From Clostridiaceae bacterium BRH_c20a (lineage in GTDB: Bacteria; Bacillota; Peptococcia; Peptococcales; BICA1-8): a stretch of DNA of 64,000 nt. Below are positions 62,587 to 64,000 of this stretch, in pieces; position 1 is the stretch's first letter; the number at the start of each line of letters is the position of its first letter. Location of the stretch: positions 7,110 through 71,109 of the forward strand of contig LADT01000019.1 of NCBI GenBank assembly GCA_000961765.1, written 5' to 3'. The notes beneath the pieces were generated by a model. It saw only the letters and a list, made by a program, of their open reading frames with translations, searched no databases and was not told where the DNA came from. A program made the translations under genes and the position numbers.

Positions 62587-62700
62587 AGAGAGGCGCTATC
62601 CCTTATGGGACAATGCCTCTCTCTTACTTTTCCGTATCGGTTTTGGGTATGGTTCAATAAGTTTCTCTATTGAACCGCGCCTCTCTCTGCCGCTTTTTTT
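62587..62700. repeat. copy B of the boundary repeat
   Basis: AGAGAGGCGCTATCCCTTATGGGACAATGCCTCTCT, ..CCGTATCGG.., GGTTCAATAAGTTTCTCTATTGAACC; roughly 85 percent identical to copy A by eye. Confidence 0.85.
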
Positions 62701-62849
62701 CTTCTGTTTCTTAAAAAAACTAATAAAACATAAAAAAATAATAAAATAAATGAAACTAATGGAGGATTATTTTAGACTTCGGAGAATAAAGATAATAAAC
62801 AGTATCTTAAACTAACGTTCAGTACTCTGAACGATAAGGGAGGAAAACT

Positions 62850-63305
62850 ATGTCGGGTAAATATTTTGATGAATGGGTAATTGGTGAAGAATACTTTACT
62901 CCAACCCGTACGATAACGGAAACTGATGTTGTTATGTTTGCGGCATTAAGTGGTGACTATAATGAGCTTCATACCAGCGAGGAGTTTGGTAAGAACACTC
63001 CTTTTGGCAAAAGAATAGTACATGGACTTTTAGGTTTAGCCATATCACATGGTCTGCTTTTTAGACTTGGTATTCTAGAAGGAACAGCTATTGCTTTTCT
63101 AAATGTTGAATCCTGGCAGTTTAAGGCTCCTATTTTCTTTGGTGATACAATTCACGTTAAGGTTATGGTTGAGGATAAAAAAGCTAGTTCATCTAAACCG
63201 GATCGGGGTGTAATAAAACTATACATACAAATCGTTAAACAAGATGGTACGGTATGTCAGGAGGGCTTCAAAACATTAATGATGAAGCGAAAAGTGGAAA
63301 TCTAA
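62850..63305 (+). CDS. MaoC-like (R)-specific enoyl-CoA hydratase/dehydratase
   Basis: 151 aa; FAALSGDYNELHTSEEF, GKRIVHGLLGL hot-dog fold motifs. Confidence 0.85.
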   Translation: MSGKYFDEWVIGEEYFTPTRTITETDVVMFAALSGDYNELHTSEEFGKNTPFGKRIVHGLLGLAISHGLLFRLGILEGTAIAFLNVESWQFKAPIFFGDTIHVKVMVEDKKASSSKPDRGVIKLYIQIVKQDGTVCQEGFKTLMMKRKVEI

Positions 63306-63334
63306 AAAATTAACTGAATGTGGTGATAGCAGTC

Positions 63335-64000
63335 ATGAATGAGAAAAAAAACTATCTGGTACCAGCAATTGAAAAAGCTTTGGATATTTTGGAATACCTT
63401 AAAGAAAAGCCACAGTCTGCCTTAACCCAAATTTACCAGGACCTTGATCTGCCTAAAAGCAGCACCTATGGTATTCTTCAAACCCTAGAGACGAGAGGAT
63501 ATATTCGTAAAGATCTTGCAAATGGGTATTCCCTGGGATTAAAACTATTTGAGCTGGGTGTAATCTCAGTAGAAGGTACAGACCTGATTAAGGAAGCTTT
63601 GCCTGTTATGGAGGAATTAGCCCATAAAATTGGCTTTGTCTGTAATTTGGGAGTTTTAGAAGGGGATCTGGGAGTATATATTGAGAAGGTTGAGCCATCA
63701 AGTCCTGTTCGCCTAAATTCCTGGAAAGGTAAAACTATTCCTCTGCACTGCACGTCACTAGGTAAGGTTTTATTAGCCTATAAAGGGTTAGACCAGATTT
63801 TAGAAGTATTAAACCGTTTAAAGCTATCTAAAAATACGGAAAAAAGCATAACTGATAAGGAACTGCTTCTAGGAGAAATTCTCCAGGTCAAACAAAAGGG
63901 CTATGCTATAGATGCTGAGGAGCATGAACACGATATTACCTGTTTTGCTGCACCTATTTTTGATCATAAAGGCCAGGTAGTAGCCGCCATCAGCTTATCT
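63335..64000 (+). CDS. IclR-family transcriptional regulator (3' end beyond the window)
   Basis: Open to the window end; VPAIEKALDILEYL, LPKSSTYGILQTLETRGYI, LHCTSLGKVLLAY, GYAIDAEEHEHDITCFAAPIFD. Confidence 0.85.
   Translation, partial: MNEKKNYLVPAIEKALDILEYLKEKPQSALTQIYQDLDLPKSSTYGILQTLETRGYIRKDLANGYSLGLKLFELGVISVEGTDLIKEALPVMEELAHKIGFVCNLGVLEGDLGVYIEKVEPSSPVRLNSWKGKTIPLHCTSLGKVLLAYKGLDQILEVLNRLKLSKNTEKSITDKELLLGEILQVKQKGYAIDAEEHEHDITCFAAPIFDHKGQVVAAISLS

Noticed and set aside
60634-62700. Integron attC interpretation of the TA-cassette boundary repeat
   Set aside because: A GTTAGGC core occurs only in the partial copy (TTTAGGC in copy A, absent in B). No complementary R''/R' pair delimits the repeats and no integrase gene is in the window.

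Overview
Low-GC Firmicutes/Clostridia-like chromosomal window with about 60 protein genes; no rRNA, tRNA or CRISPR array seen. Ordinary content includes two DEAD-box helicases, RecQ, an Xth/AlkA repair pair, a folE-folP-folB-folK operon, three ABC systems (one YbhGFSR-like with a TetR gene), an MFS pump, an MCP, an ECF sigma/anti-sigma/TPR module and two type II toxin-antitoxin cassettes. Stand-outs: (1) A ~10 kb locus (37.9-48.8 kb) that matches no textbook B12-mutase pathway. It holds a permease, an FCD-type regulator, RidA, a SelA-like PLP enzyme and a GidA-like flavoprotein. It also has a translationally coupled operon: an 83-aa protein, a 605-aa fusion of a MutS-like cobalamin-binding domain to a large catalytic domain, and a BioD/CobQ-type P-loop protein. 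(2) Two tandem csrA paralogues, a sigma-D-type promoter and several GGA-in-loop hairpins lie directly upstream of a 1008-aa giant flagellin with internal domain repeats. (3) At least eight intergenic loci are filled with arrays of 6- and 7-nt words (AAGGTT, TCACCAG, CCATAGA, TAGAATG and others). They form composite, hairpin-capable elements, and two of them bracket the PLP gene in mirror order. (4) The TA cassettes are separated by a ~110-bp structured direct repeat. (5) Three gene remnants were made by truncation or internal deletion (histidine kinase, GGDEF-EAL, HpcH aldolase). All functional calls rest on by-eye motif recognition of the supplied translations; no database search or computation was run.
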